DNA of 64,000 nt from an uncultured Planctomycetota bacterium (GCA_963752285.1 CAVVXN010000001.1:288001-352000); one strand, 5' to 3'; shown: positions 10,010 to 20,240, counted from the first letter of the stretch. Program-made: numbers and translations. Notes: a model not told the origin generated them from the letters alone.

Positions 10010-10782
10010 GAGCGGCTCCCGACCACGTCCGCGAGGAGCCGCACCTCGTTCGTGAAGAGGCCGAGGACGCCCCAGTCGAGGAGCCTGTTCATGCGGGGCG
10101 CGTCGTCCACCGTGTACGGAACGACGGGGACGCTCCGCTCGGCGACGCGGCGGACCTCGCCCTCCACGAGTCGCGACGCGTCGGGCGCGAGCCACGAGGC
10201 GCCGGTCGCCTCGAGCACCGCCGCGAGCGCATCGGCCGACGGCACCCGGTCCACGAGCAGCACCCGGGGGACGGCCGGCGCCGCCGCGGCGAGATGCGCG
10301 AGGAGCCCCGTGTCGAACGACGAGAGGACGACCCGACCGTCGAGTCGCACCTTGTGCACCAGCCGGAGGACCTCCCGCGCGAGCATGTGCGCCCGGGCCT
10401 CGCCCTCCTCCTCCTCGACCTTCAGCTCGAGGTCGAACACGACCCGATCGCCGTAGAGGGCGAGGGCCGTCTCGAGCAGGGGAACGCGCGTCCGTCGCCA
10501 CGCGGGACCGTACCAGGACCCGGCGTCGAGGCGTTCCACCGCCGCGAGGTCCATCTGCGAGACGCGTCCCGTCCCGTCCGCCGTGCGGTCCACGGTCGGG
10601 TCGTGGAGGCAGACGGCCACGCCGTCCGCCGTGAGTCGAACGTCCGTCTCGACCACGTGCGCCCCGGCGCGGATCGCGGCCTCGAACGAGGCGAGCGTGT
10701 TCTCGGGGGCGCGTCCCGCGTACCCGCGATGCCCGATCACCCAGGGCGGCGGGGCGAGCGGCAGGCCGTTCCACGGGCACAT
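10006..10782 (-). CDS. glpQ: Glycerophosphodiester phosphodiesterase
   Basis: [35 protein letters not shown]. Confidence 0.92.
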   Translation of the reverse strand: MCPWNGLPLAPPPWVIGHRGYAGRAPENTLASFEAAIRAGAHVVETDVRLTADGVAVCLHDPTVDRTADGTGRVSQMDLAAVERLDAGSWYGPAWRRTRVPLLETALALYGDRVVFDLELKVEEEEGEARAHMLAREVLRLVHKVRLDGRVVLSSFDTGLLAHLAAAAPAVPRVLLVDRVPSADALAAVLEATGASWLAPDASRLVEGEVRRVAERSVPVVPYTVDDAPRMNRLLDWGVLGLFTNEVRLLADVVGSRS

Positions 10783-10865
10783 GGGGTCAGCCTACCCGCC
10801 CGCGGACCGCGCGGCGCGCTCCGCGTCTTGCGGGGAACGCGGACCCCGGCGAGAGTGGTCCCCGG

Positions 10866-12308
10866 ATGAGCAGCTGTCCCCTCGCCACCTCGATCGCGCT
10901 GTGGGGCGCGCTGATCTCCGCCCTCCACCTCCTCGGACTCCTGACCGCGGGCCACGCGGTCATGACGGTCAGGACCTCGCAGGGAGCGATCGCCTGGGCG
11001 ATGGTGCTCGTCGTCTTCCCCTACCTCTCGATCCCGCTCTACTGGGTGTTCGGGCGGAACCGGTTCTACGGCTACGTCGATGCTCGCCGCGCAGGGGACC
11101 GCGAGCTCCGTCACCTGTCCGAGGTGCTGTCGAAGCAGGCGCCGCGACACCTGGCCTACCTCACGGACGACCACGGCGACGTCCGGGCGCTCCAGGCCCT
11201 CGCGCGGATGCCCTTCACGCGCGGGAACTCCGCGCGGCTCCTCGTGAACGGCCCCGCCACGTTCTCGGCCATCTTCGAGGCGATCGAGGCCGCCACGTCG
11301 TACGTGCTCGTCCAGTACTTCATCATCCACGACGACCACCTGGGCCGGGAGCTCCGCGACCGACTGGTCAAGAAGGCGCGCGCGGGCCTACGCGTCTACG
11401 TGCTCTACGACGAGATCGGCAGCCACGACCTCCCGTCCTCGTACGTGCGCTCGCTCCGGGCGGCCGGCGTCGAGGTGCACCGCTTCGGGACGACGCGCGG
11501 ACGGTGGAACCGGTTCCAGCTCAACTTCCGGAACCACCGGAAGACCGTCGTGGTGGACGGGCGCGTGGCGTTCGTGGGCGGTCTCAACGTCGGGGACGAG
11601 TACATGGGGAAGAACCCCCGCATCGGCGCCTGGCGTGACACCGACGTCTGCGTCGAGGGCCCCTGCGTCCAGGGCATCCAGCTGGCCTTCGTCGAGGACT
11701 GGTGGTGGGCGACGCACGCCCTCCCCGAGCTCGACTGGACGCTGCGTACGGCTCCGGACGGCGACGTGAGCGTGCTCGTGCTGCCCTCCGGTCCGGCCGA
11801 CGACGTCGATACGTGCGCCCTCATGTACGTCCACGCGATCCACGCGGCGCGCCGCCGGCTCTGGATCGCCAGCCCGTACTTCGTGCCCGACCGCGACGTG
11901 ATCTCGGCCCTGCAGATCGCGGTGCTCCGCGGCGTGGACGTACGCGTGATCCTGCCCGACGAGCCCGACCACTGGCTCGTGTACCTTTCCTCGTTCTCCT
12001 TCCTGGAGGAGACCGAACGCGTCGGCGTCCAGGTCTACCGGCAGGGCGGCGGATTCATGCACCACAAGATCCTGGTGGGCGACGACTTCGCCATGGTCGG
12101 CACCGCGAACTTCGACAACCGGTCGTTCCGCCTGAACTTCGAGATGACGCTCGTGTTCTCGCACGGCCCCTTCGCGGACGAGGTCGGAGCGATGCTCGAG
12201 CGCGACCTGGCGTCGTGCACGCGCGCGCGGTCCGAGGACCTCAGCCGACGGTCGTTCCCCTTCCGCCTCGCGGTGCGCGTGGCGCGGCTTCTCGCGCCGA
12301 TCCAGTGA
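10866..12308 (+). CDS. cls: Cardiolipin synthase
   Basis: Two N-terminal TM segments and two PLD HKD motifs (NHRKTVVVDG, HHKILVGDD...GTANFDNRS). Confidence 0.95.
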   Translation: MSSCPLATSIALWGALISALHLLGLLTAGHAVMTVRTSQGAIAWAMVLVVFPYLSIPLYWVFGRNRFYGYVDARRAGDRELRHLSEVLSKQAPRHLAYLTDDHGDVRALQALARMPFTRGNSARLLVNGPATFSAIFEAIEAATSYVLVQYFIIHDDHLGRELRDRLVKKARAGLRVYVLYDEIGSHDLPSSYVRSLRAAGVEVHRFGTTRGRWNRFQLNFRNHRKTVVVDGRVAFVGGLNVGDEYMGKNPRIGAWRDTDVCVEGPCVQGIQLAFVEDWWWATHALPELDWTLRTAPDGDVSVLVLPSGPADDVDTCALMYVHAIHAARRRLWIASPYFVPDRDVISALQIAVLRGVDVRVILPDEPDHWLVYLSSFSFLEETERVGVQVYRQGGGFMHHKILVGDDFAMVGTANFDNRSFRLNFEMTLVFSHGPFADEVGAMLERDLASCTRARSEDLSRRSFPFRLAVRVARLLAPIQ

Positions 12309-12317
12309 GGCGTTCGG

Positions 12318-12713
12318 CTACTTCGGGGAGCAGAGCGGCGGAAGTTGCCCCGCCTCCGTACACCACACTCGACGGACCGCGACGACTACGCCCTGGACCC
12401 GCACGCCCGGCGCGGCGCGGCGGTCGAACGCGGGATGACCCATCGAGAGGCGCATCCCCTCGGCGTCGGGGAACACCTTGTAGAGCGTGGCGGGGCCGTT
12501 CCCCTCGATCACGGCCGCGAGGTCCCCGTGCTCCGCCGCCTCCTGGCGGTGGAGGACGACCTCGTCGCCGTCGCGCACGCCGAGGTCCCTCAGACCGTCG
12601 CCCGCGACGCGCGCGAGGACCACGCCTCGCCCCGGCGCGAAGGGGCTCGGGCGCTCCGAGCGCTCGAGGCGTACGGGCGAGGGACCGCGGCGGTCGGCGT
12701 CGGGCGAGGTCAC
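12318..12713 (-). CDS. Stand-alone LexA/UmuD-type S24 domain with degenerate catalytic residues
   Basis: RVAGDGLRDLGVRDGDEVVL...AEHGDLAAV...ATLYK...VRVQGVVVAV aligns by eye to the LexA C-terminal domain; no HTH. Confidence 0.7.
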   Translation of the reverse strand: MTSPDADRRGPSPVRLERSERPSPFAPGRGVVLARVAGDGLRDLGVRDGDEVVLHRQEAAEHGDLAAVIEGNGPATLYKVFPDAEGMRLSMGHPAFDRRAAPGVRVQGVVVAVRRVWCTEAGQLPPLCSPK

Positions 12714-12784
12714 GACGACAGGCTAACAAGTGGCTACGACACCGAGCCTCCCGCGGAAGGGCGTGGGGCCCTATCTTCCGCACG

Positions 12785-15055
12785 GTGACCCACCTGCGGA
12801 TCCGCGTCCTCGTCCTCGCCCTCGCGATCGGCGTCGCGCTCGGGCTCGGGTCCGGGACCCCGGCGACGGCCGGCGGGGTCGCGGGCCTCGTCGCCCTGCC
12901 GGGCTGGGCGTGGCGGCCGGGCCACGCCACGCTCGTCCGTGAGACCGTCGTCGATCGGCGCCAGGTCCTCGAGGAGATGAACGTCGCGTCGGGACGCGTC
13001 CACGAGCTGGCCGACCTCTCGGGGGCCCGGGCGCTCGGACCGCAGCACGCCGTGCCCGCCCGGCCGATCGGCCGCGCCGCGCGGCCCGATCTCGTGTGGT
13101 CGGAGGACGGGCGCGGGCTCGTCGTCGTGGCGCGGGGCGACCTCGTGTGGCTCGACCTCGAGGCGGACACCCCGCGCCGGCTCACGACGACCGACGCGCC
13201 GATCTCGGACATCCGCGTGGCGCCCGACGGTTCGGCGGTTGCGTTCGCGCGCGAACGCGACCTGTGGGTCGTCGCGACGTCCGGGGACGCACCTCCCCGC
13301 CGCCTGACGCGCGGCGGCCGCGAGGTACACCGCAACGCGGGCCTCGACTGGGTCTACCCCGAGGAGCTCGGTGCCGAGACGGGCGCGTGGTGGTCGCCCG
13401 ACGCGCGCCGCATCGCGTGGCTCCGGCTCGACGAGCAGGACGTGCGCCAGGTGCCGCTCCTTCGCACGACGCCCGGCGGCGAGATGGTGGAGCTCGTGCG
13501 CTACCCGCGCGCCGGCGAGACGAATCCGAGCCCCTCGGTCGCCGTCACGGACGTCGAGAGCGGCGAGACCACGCGGCTCGATCTCGGCACGCCTCGCCCG
13601 GAGTACGTGGCGCGCGTCACGTGGTTCCCCGACGGGCGACGGGTCGCGGTCACGGTGCTGGACCGCGCGCAGCGCGATCTCCGGCTCCTCGAGTGTCCGA
13701 TCGACGGACGTGCGCCGACGGTCGTGGTCGAAGAGCACGACGAGGCGTGGATCGACGTCCCACCCGACCCTCGCTTCCTCGACGACGGGCGCTTCCTCTG
13801 GCGGAGCGAACGCGACGGTCGGCGACGCTGGTACCTCGCGACGATCGCGCCCCACGGCGAGCCGGCCTCGCTCGTACCGCTCTCCGCCGCCGACGTCGAT
13901 GCCGACGCGGCGCTCCGCTACGACGATCGCGCCGGGCTCCTCGCGTACGAGGCCGAGGTGGACCGTGGCCTCAGGCGGCGACCGCTCGTGGGCCCCGACG
14001 GCGTGCCGGCGCCGTTCGCCCCGGGCGCGGACCTGGACGCGAGGGTGGCCCTCGACGCGTCGGGGCGGTGGGCGCTCGTCCGGTCGAGCCGGACCGACCG
14101 CCCGCCTCGCCTCGACCTCCGGGACGTGGAGGACGGCGCGGTGGTCCGGGTCCTCGGCGACGCGGCCGGTCCCCGCTTCGCGGCGGGGGCGCTCCCTCGG
14201 TTCGAGACCGGGATCGCGCCGTCCGGAGCGCCGCCGCTCGCCTGGCGACTGTGGCGACCCGCGGACCTCGACGAGACGACGCCGCACCCGCTCGTCGTGC
14301 ACGTCTACGGCGGCCCCGGAGCGCGCACGGTCGTCGACCGGTGGGACGCCGGCGAGATCGACCTCGTGGAGGCCCTCCTGGAGCGTGGGTTCCTCGTTCT
14401 GGAGGCCGACGGGCGCGGCGCGCGCGGCTTCGGCCGGGCCAACGTGCGCGCGGTCCTGGGGCGGCTCGGGATCCACGAGCTCGAAGACCAGGTGCGTGCG
14501 GTCGAGGCGGTCTCGTCCCGGGCCTACGTGGACGCCGGGCGCGTCGGCATCACGGGGTGGTCGTACGGCGGCACCATGACGTGCCTCGCCCTGACGCGAC
14601 GACCGGACGTGTTCCGCGCCGGCGTCGCGTTCGCGCCCGTCACCGACTGGCGGCTCTACGACACCATCTACACCGAGCGCTACATGGGGCGGCCCGAGGA
14701 CAACCAGGCCGGCTACGCCGAGAGCGCCGCGACCCGTGACGCCGCGAAGCTCTCGCGGCCCCTACTGATCCTCCATGGCGTCGCGGACGACAACGTCCAC
14801 GTCGCGAACGTGCTCGCGTTCGTCTCGGCCATGGGCACGAAGCCGTGCCCGAACCTCGAGACCATGGTCTACCCCGACGTCGGCCACGGCCTCGGCCGCT
14901 TCTACGCGGACGCCCACGCCCGCATGCTCGCGTTCCTCGTCCGGCACCTCGCACCCGCCGGACCGGCTGCGCCCGCCGAGCCGGCCTCGCCCGCGCGCCC
15001 CGCAAAGCGCGGCGCGGCCCCGGATCCCGCCCCCCTCGCCCCGTCCGCGCATTGA
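12785..15055 (+). CDS. S9B dipeptidyl peptidase IV family protein, secreted
   Basis: Signal peptide; DWVYPEE, YPRAGETNP, YGGPG, GWSYGG nucleophile, DDNVH, GHG. Confidence 0.93.
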   Translation: MTHLRIRVLVLALAIGVALGLGSGTPATAGGVAGLVALPGWAWRPGHATLVRETVVDRRQVLEEMNVASGRVHELADLSGARALGPQHAVPARPIGRAARPDLVWSEDGRGLVVVARGDLVWLDLEADTPRRLTTTDAPISDIRVAPDGSAVAFARERDLWVVATSGDAPPRRLTRGGREVHRNAGLDWVYPEELGAETGAWWSPDARRIAWLRLDEQDVRQVPLLRTTPGGEMVELVRYPRAGETNPSPSVAVTDVESGETTRLDLGTPRPEYVARVTWFPDGRRVAVTVLDRAQRDLRLLECPIDGRAPTVVVEEHDEAWIDVPPDPRFLDDGRFLWRSERDGRRRWYLATIAPHGEPASLVPLSAADVDADAALRYDDRAGLLAYEAEVDRGLRRRPLVGPDGVPAPFAPGADLDARVALDASGRWALVRSSRTDRPPRLDLRDVEDGAVVRVLGDAAGPRFAAGALPRFETGIAPSGAPPLAWRLWRPADLDETTPHPLVVHVYGGPGARTVVDRWDAGEIDLVEALLERGFLVLEADGRGARGFGRANVRAVLGRLGIHELEDQVRAVEAVSSRAYVDAGRVGITGWSYGGTMTCLALTRRPDVFRAGVAFAPVTDWRLYDTIYTERYMGRPEDNQAGYAESAATRDAAKLSRPLLILHGVADDNVHVANVLAFVSAMGTKPCPNLETMVYPDVGHGLGRFYADAHARMLAFLVRHLAPAGPAAPAEPASPARPAKRGAAPDPAPLAPSAH

Positions 15056-15233
15056 GGCCGCCGGGACGGCCCGTCCCGAGCCGCCCTTCGCCTGTCGGCG
15101 TCGCCGCCGAGGAGCGAGCGGGTCCTCGTCGCGATCCTGGCGTCGATCCGCCTCGTGCCCTCGGCCGCGGCCGTGTCGAGCGTACGCTCCACGGGCCCGA
15201 TCGCCTCGCAGGGCGCCGCGCCGCGCCGTGGCG

Positions 15234-15845
15234 TCAGCGGATGAACTCGACCACGTGCTGCATGTTCGTCTCGAACGGCCGGAAGATCTCCTCGCCGGTC
15301 GGGACCCGCAGCACCTTGACGGTCAGCTCCTCACGGTTGACCTCGAGCCAGCCGGGGACGATCGAGCCCGCGTCGGCCGCCTCGGCGATCGTGGTCACGG
15401 CCTTCTTGCTCTTGTCGCGCACGGTGACGACGTCGCCCTCGCTCACCTGGAACGAAGGCCGGTCGACCTTGTGGTCGTTCACGCGGATGTGGCCGTGGAC
15501 GACGAGCTGCCGCGCCTGCCAGATCGTGCGGGCGAGGGCCGCGCGGCGCACCACGTTGTCGAGACGACGCTCGAGGAGCTCGTTCAGCTTCTCGATCGTG
15601 TTGGTCTTCGTGCGCGACGCCTCCGCCATGTAGCGGCGGAACTGCTTGTCGCTGATGTGATAGAAGAAGCAGAGCTTCTGCTTCTCCTGAAGGCGCTCGC
15701 CGAACTGCGTCATCTTGCGGCGACGCTTGAAGCCGTGCATGCCGGGGCCGCGCTCGACGTCGGCCTTCATGTGCTTCGAGGTCTCGGCGACGGGCGCGTG
15801 GACGCGCCGGCTCAAGCGGACCTTCGGTCCCGTGTAGCGACCCAT
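15234..15845 (-). CDS. rpsD: 30S ribosomal protein S4
   Basis: MGRYTGPKVRLSRR, LQEKQKL, LERRLDNVV, ARQLVVHGHI. Confidence 0.97.
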   Translation of the reverse strand: MGRYTGPKVRLSRRVHAPVAETSKHMKADVERGPGMHGFKRRRKMTQFGERLQEKQKLCFFYHISDKQFRRYMAEASRTKTNTIEKLNELLERRLDNVVRRAALARTIWQARQLVVHGHIRVNDHKVDRPSFQVSEGDVVTVRDKSKKAVTTIAEAADAGSIVPGWLEVNREELTVKVLRVPTGEEIFRPFETNMQHVVEFIR

Positions 15846-16079
15846 GGCGGGGCTCCGATCGACTGGATCCCTGGACGGGCGCGGCCGGGGCGCGGCCCAC
15901 GGGCCGGCCGACCGCGGCTCCGGGACGTCGCGCCCGGAGCACCAGCGAGCCGAAGAGGGTACCCCCGGCGAGGCGGGCGGCAAGCCGGGGTCCCGACCCC
16001 GGGCGGCCCGACGCCCTGGAGGTCGGGCGGACGAGGGTCCCGCGGCCGCGTACCCTTCACGCTTTGCCCGGAGAGCCCC

Positions 16080-17717
16080 ATGTCGAGGAACGCCCTCCTC
16101 CTCCTCGCGGTCGCCGCCGGCCTCCTCGGCGGCCTCCAGGCGCGCGCGGCCGGCGACGCCCTCCGCGTGCCGACCACGTACGTCACGAGCGCCGAGGAAC
16201 GGGGCCTCGCGAACGACGTGCACCAGCGCCTGGCGGAGGGACCGCAGGTCCCGATCGCGCTGAGCGCGAAGGTGCCCGCGGGGACCGCGCGGGTCCCCGC
16301 CGGGACGCTGCGCCGCTACGGGAGCCTCGAGGCCGGCGGGCGCGCGTGGCCGTTCGTCCTGGCCGCCGACGCGTCGGGCCAGGGCGTCCTCGCGCTCGAC
16401 CCCGACGGCGACGGCAGCTACGGCGGCCCGGGGGCGGAGGCCCGCACGACGGGACGCGCCGTCAAGAGCCGCGGCCGCGCGGCCACGCGCTGGACGTTTC
16501 CCGACCTGCCCTTCGGCCCGGCGCGGACGTCGTTCGAGATCCTCGACGTCGGGCCGGAGAGAAAGGCCGTCCTCGTCACCTCCGACGGCGCAGAGCCCCT
16601 CGCGCTCGCGGAGAAGGCGCCCGAGGGCGTCCGACCCGTGGGCGGCGACTGGCTCGTCTGCTACGCGTTGGTGCCGAGCGGCGGCTCCGACGTGCCGATC
16701 GCCTTCGTGCGGCAGGGGGACGAACGGCTGACGCTGCTCGTGGACCGGAACGGGAACGGGACGCTCGGCGAGACGCAGGAGGTCGTCCCGGTCCCGTTCG
16801 CGGGCCGCGAGGAGACGGCGAAGTACTGGAAGGTCGAGGACGTCGAGATCGGCGCCTCGCGCCTGACGCTGGCGTTCCAGGAGGTCGCCGGCGAGACGAG
16901 CGGCCGCCTCTCGGCGGCCGGCGCGCGGCGCGGCGAAGTCGACCTGAACGGACGGACGTGGGCGCTCCACCTGGTGGACGGGGATCTCGACGGCAGGTAC
17001 GGGTCGGCCGGCGACCTCTGGTGGTTCGGCCCCGAGGACCTGCTCGCGCACGTGAAGCGCCTCGGCCCGGACACGATGGTCGAGGGGACCGCGCCCTTCT
17101 TCGTGGACGGCCGCGCGTGGCGGATCCGGGGGCTCGAGAAGGACGGCACGGTGGTTCTGGAAGAGGCGCCCGACGCCGATCCCGAGTCGTACTTCCGCGC
17201 GCGCGGGGAACGCGTGAACCGAGAGCGGTGGTTCCCGAGGTTCGCCGAGGAGGAGAGCGCGTTCCGGCGCGACCACGACATGATCGCGGCACGCGCACGC
17301 GCCGCGAAGCCCCTCGCGTGGCGTCATGACGTAGACCTCGGCGCGGCGCTCGCCGAGGCCCGCCGCACGAACCGCCCCGTGTGCGTGGACTTCGAGGCCG
17401 ACTGGTGCGCGTGGTGCAAGCGGTTCGACTACTACGTCTATCCGGACGCGGAGGTCGCGAGCCTGCTCTCGCGCTTCGTGTGCGTGAAGATCAACCGCGA
17501 GTTCCACTTCCGCGGCGACTTCGAGCGCCTCGGCGGCACGAGTCTTCCGTACATCGTCTTCCTCGCCTCCGACGGGACGCCGCTCCGGTTCATGGTCGAG
17601 GACGAGAAAGGGCACGAGACGACGGCCTCGGGACCGCCGGGGTTCCAGTCGCCGGCCGTGTTCGCCGGGACCGTGCGGCGCGCGTGGGAGGCCTGGCAGC
17701 GGTCCCAGGCGCGCTGA
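16080..17717 (+). CDS. Secreted protein with a C-terminal thioredoxin-like domain
   Basis: Signal MSRNALLLLAVAAGLLGGLQARA; VDFEADWCAWCK (CxxC) and cis-Pro motif SLPY. Confidence 0.82.
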   Translation: MSRNALLLLAVAAGLLGGLQARAAGDALRVPTTYVTSAEERGLANDVHQRLAEGPQVPIALSAKVPAGTARVPAGTLRRYGSLEAGGRAWPFVLAADASGQGVLALDPDGDGSYGGPGAEARTTGRAVKSRGRAATRWTFPDLPFGPARTSFEILDVGPERKAVLVTSDGAEPLALAEKAPEGVRPVGGDWLVCYALVPSGGSDVPIAFVRQGDERLTLLVDRNGNGTLGETQEVVPVPFAGREETAKYWKVEDVEIGASRLTLAFQEVAGETSGRLSAAGARRGEVDLNGRTWALHLVDGDLDGRYGSAGDLWWFGPEDLLAHVKRLGPDTMVEGTAPFFVDGRAWRIRGLEKDGTVVLEEAPDADPESYFRARGERVNRERWFPRFAEEESAFRRDHDMIAARARAAKPLAWRHDVDLGAALAEARRTNRPVCVDFEADWCAWCKRFDYYVYPDAEVASLLSRFVCVKINREFHFRGDFERLGGTSLPYIVFLASDGTPLRFMVEDEKGHETTASGPPGFQSPAVFAGTVRRAWEAWQRSQAR

Positions 17718-17741
17718 GGTGCGCGAGGCGAGGGAGGACCG

Positions 17742-18167
17742 ATGAGCGTCGTCTGGCTCGTGTTGATCGGTTTCGCGGCCGGGACGCTCGGGAGCCTGCT
17801 CGGGCTCGGCGGGGGGTTCCTGGTCGTGCCCGCCCTGATCCTGCTGCGAGGGCTCGACCCCCGCCTCGCGACCGGCACGTCCGTCGCCGTCATCGTGCCG
17901 ACGATGCTCGTCGCGCTCTGGCGGCGCGGCGCCGAGGGGCACGTCGACTGGCGGCTCGCCGCGCTCATCGCGATCGGCGCGGTCGTCGGGGCGTTCCTCG
18001 GCTCCTGGCTCGCCGGTCGTCTTCCGAGCGTCGTGATCCGGCGGGTCTTCGCCTTCGTGCTCCTCGGGCTCTCGGCGTTGCTCTTCTTCACCGACGGCCG
18101 GACCGCCGCGGCGCGATCCGGCCCCGCGGGCGCGGTCGGGTCGGGCTCCGTCACGCCCCCGCGGTGA
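17742..18167 (+). CDS. TauE/SafE (TSUP) family membrane protein, half-size
   Basis: GSLLGLGGGFLVVPAL, ATGTS, GHVDW. Confidence 0.85.
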   Translation: MSVVWLVLIGFAAGTLGSLLGLGGGFLVVPALILLRGLDPRLATGTSVAVIVPTMLVALWRRGAEGHVDWRLAALIAIGAVVGAFLGSWLAGRLPSVVIRRVFAFVLLGLSALLFFTDGRTAAARSGPAGAVGSGSVTPPR

Positions 18168-19107
18168 GCACGCCCTCGTCGAGCATGGCCTTCACCTTGC
18201 TCACGAGGTCGTCGCTCATGCGGTCCAAGTCGTACTCGTGACGCCAGCCCCAGTCGCGCCGCGCGGCGGTGTCGTCGAGCGCGCGGGGCCACGAGTCGAG
18301 GATCGCCTGCAGGCGCGGTACCGGCCCGAAGTCGATCTCGACGCCCGGCACGCGACGCCGCACGGCCTGGGCGAACTCCTCCGCGGTGGGGGCAATCGCG
18401 GCGATGTTGTAGATCGACCGTGTGAGCTCGGACCGCGGCGCCGCCGACAGCTCCAGCATCGCGCGGAGCGCGTCCGGCATGTACATGAACGGGATGCGCG
18501 CGCCGGGTTCGCAGAACGCCGTGTATCGCCCGGTGCGTAGGCCCTCCACGAACATGTAGAGCGCGTAGTCGCTCGTGCCGCCGCCGGGAACGCCGGCGTT
18601 GATGAGCCCCGGGAAGCGCACGCCGCGGAAGTCGAGGCCGAACCGCGCCTGGTAGTACTCGCCGAGGAGCTCCCCGGCCACCTTCGTCACGCCGTACATG
18701 GTCTGCGGTCGCATGGACGTGTCGTTCGGCACGGGGTCGGGCAGTCCGGGCCCGAACGCGGCGATCGTGCTCGCGAAGAACACCTGCTCGCACGCGAAGG
18801 TGCGCGCGGCCTCGAGCACGTTCAGCGTTCCGTCCATGTTCACGCGCCACGCCTGGTGCGGCATCGTCTCGCCGCGCGCCGAGAGGATCGCCGCGAGGTG
18901 GAACACGATCTCGGGCCGCGCGGCCTGGACCGCGTCGAACACCTCGGAGCGGAGCGTGACGTCGCCGCGCGTCCACGCGACGGCCTCCGGGCAGCCTTCC
19001 GGCCGGGGCGAGACGTCGAAGACGGCGACCTCGTCGCCGCGCTCCCGCAGGATCGGGAGGAGGTCGGTGCCCACCTGTCCGGCCGCGCCGGTGACGAGGA
19101 TTCTCAT
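18151..19107 (-). CDS. NAD-dependent epimerase/dehydratase, L-threonine dehydrogenase-like SDR
   Basis: ILVTGAAGQVG, HLAAILSARGE, STIAAFG, YGVTK, PGGGTSDYA. Confidence 0.88.
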   Translation of the reverse strand: MRILVTGAAGQVGTDLLPILRERGDEVAVFDVSPRPEGCPEAVAWTRGDVTLRSEVFDAVQAARPEIVFHLAAILSARGETMPHQAWRVNMDGTLNVLEAARTFACEQVFFASTIAAFGPGLPDPVPNDTSMRPQTMYGVTKVAGELLGEYYQARFGLDFRGVRFPGLINAGVPGGGTSDYALYMFVEGLRTGRYTAFCEPGARIPFMYMPDALRAMLELSAAPRSELTRSIYNIAAIAPTAEEFAQAVRRRVPGVEIDFGPVPRLQAILDSWPRALDDTAARRDWGWRHEYDLDRMSDDLVSKVKAMLDEGVLTAGA

Positions 19108-19272
19108 GCCCTCCATGATCCCGGCGGCCCGGGCGACGGAGAACCGTTTGCCTCACCGCTCGCCCCGCCCGGGTGGGCGCGATCTTCCCGGCCCGGGCGG
19201 GCGCGCGCGGGGCGGGCGCCGTTTCCGCAGCCCCGGAGGGGCCCCGCGGGCGCGCCCCCCGTTCGCGTCGCC

Positions 19273-20181
19273 TCAGTCGGTCTCCTCGACCGCGGCCCGT
19301 CGGAAGCGCTCCGCGAGCAGACGGAGCAGGTCGGTGGCGAGCAGGCTCGGATGGCGGTCCTTGCGCCGTACGACGGCGAGCCGGCGCTGGGGGAACCCCC
19401 CGGGGAGGGGGCGGATCACCATGCGCTCGCGGTCGCTCTCGGTGACGACCATGTCGGGCAGGATCGTGAGCCCCATCCCGCCCGCGACGTACGCCTTCAC
19501 GACCTCGAGGTTGCCCGAGTCCATCACCACGTTCAGTCGCACGCCGGCGTCGCGGAGCGTGCGCTCGAGGAGCGCCCGCGTCTCGGCCGGGCGCGCGAGG
19601 AGCACCGCCGACTGGCCGTGGAGGTCGGAGAGCACGATCTCGGGTCGGTTCTCCAGCGCGTGTCCCGGCGGCAGCGCGAGCCAGAACCGCTCGACCAGGA
19701 TCGTCCGGCCCCACAGCAGGGGATCGAGCCATGGAGGGCGGGTGACGATGCCGATGTCCGCCTCGCGCCGCATGACCAGGTCGAGGACGCGGCGCGACGC
19801 GTGGTTCCGGATCGAGAGCTCGGCGAGCGGTCGGAGCGCGCGGAAGGCCGAGAGCACGGGCGGGAGCAGGTAGAGCGCGACCGTGTCGCCGCACGCCAGG
19901 ATCACGCTCCCTCGCTCCGGCGCCTCCAGCTCGCGGATGCGGCGCGTCGCGTCCTCCATCGCGCCGAGGATCACGTCGGCCGCCTCGAGCAGGACCTTCC
20001 CGGCGGTCGTCAGCCGAACGCCGCGCGCGTCCCGCTCCATGAGGCGGGCGCCCACCTCCTGCTCGAGGGATTTGACGTGGAGGCTCACCCCGGGCTGGGT
20101 CATGCGCAGGGTCTTGGCCGCGCCGGTGAAGGAGCCCTCGCGGACCACCTCGCGGAAGGACTGGAGCTGACGGATCTCCAT
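19273..20181 (-). CDS. LysR family transcriptional regulator
   Basis: GSFTGAAKTLRMTQPGVSLHVKSLEQEVG HTH followed by a substrate-binding domain. Confidence 0.95.
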   Translation of the reverse strand: MEIRQLQSFREVVREGSFTGAAKTLRMTQPGVSLHVKSLEQEVGARLMERDARGVRLTTAGKVLLEAADVILGAMEDATRRIRELEAPERGSVILACGDTVALYLLPPVLSAFRALRPLAELSIRNHASRRVLDLVMRREADIGIVTRPPWLDPLLWGRTILVERFWLALPPGHALENRPEIVLSDLHGQSAVLLARPAETRALLERTLRDAGVRLNVVMDSGNLEVVKAYVAGGMGLTILPDMVVTESDRERMVIRPLPGGFPQRRLAVVRRKDRHPSLLATDLLRLLAERFRRAAVEETD

Positions 20182-20204
20182 TCAGGGTGGCACCGATCCC
20201 CCCC

Positions 20205-20221
20205 CATCAGCGCCGCTTATG
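20205..20221. promoter_or_regulatory. Putative LysR T-N11-A operator CATCAG-CGCCG-CTTATG
   Basis: Imperfect dyad with T-N11-A geometry about 24 bp upstream of the LysR start. Confidence 0.5.
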
Positions 20222-20240
20222 CCCCGGGGGGCGATCCGCG

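Noticed and set aside
14902..15192. Small minus-strand ORF after rpsD
   Set aside because: Overlaps the peptidase 3' end, has no motif and no clear RBS.
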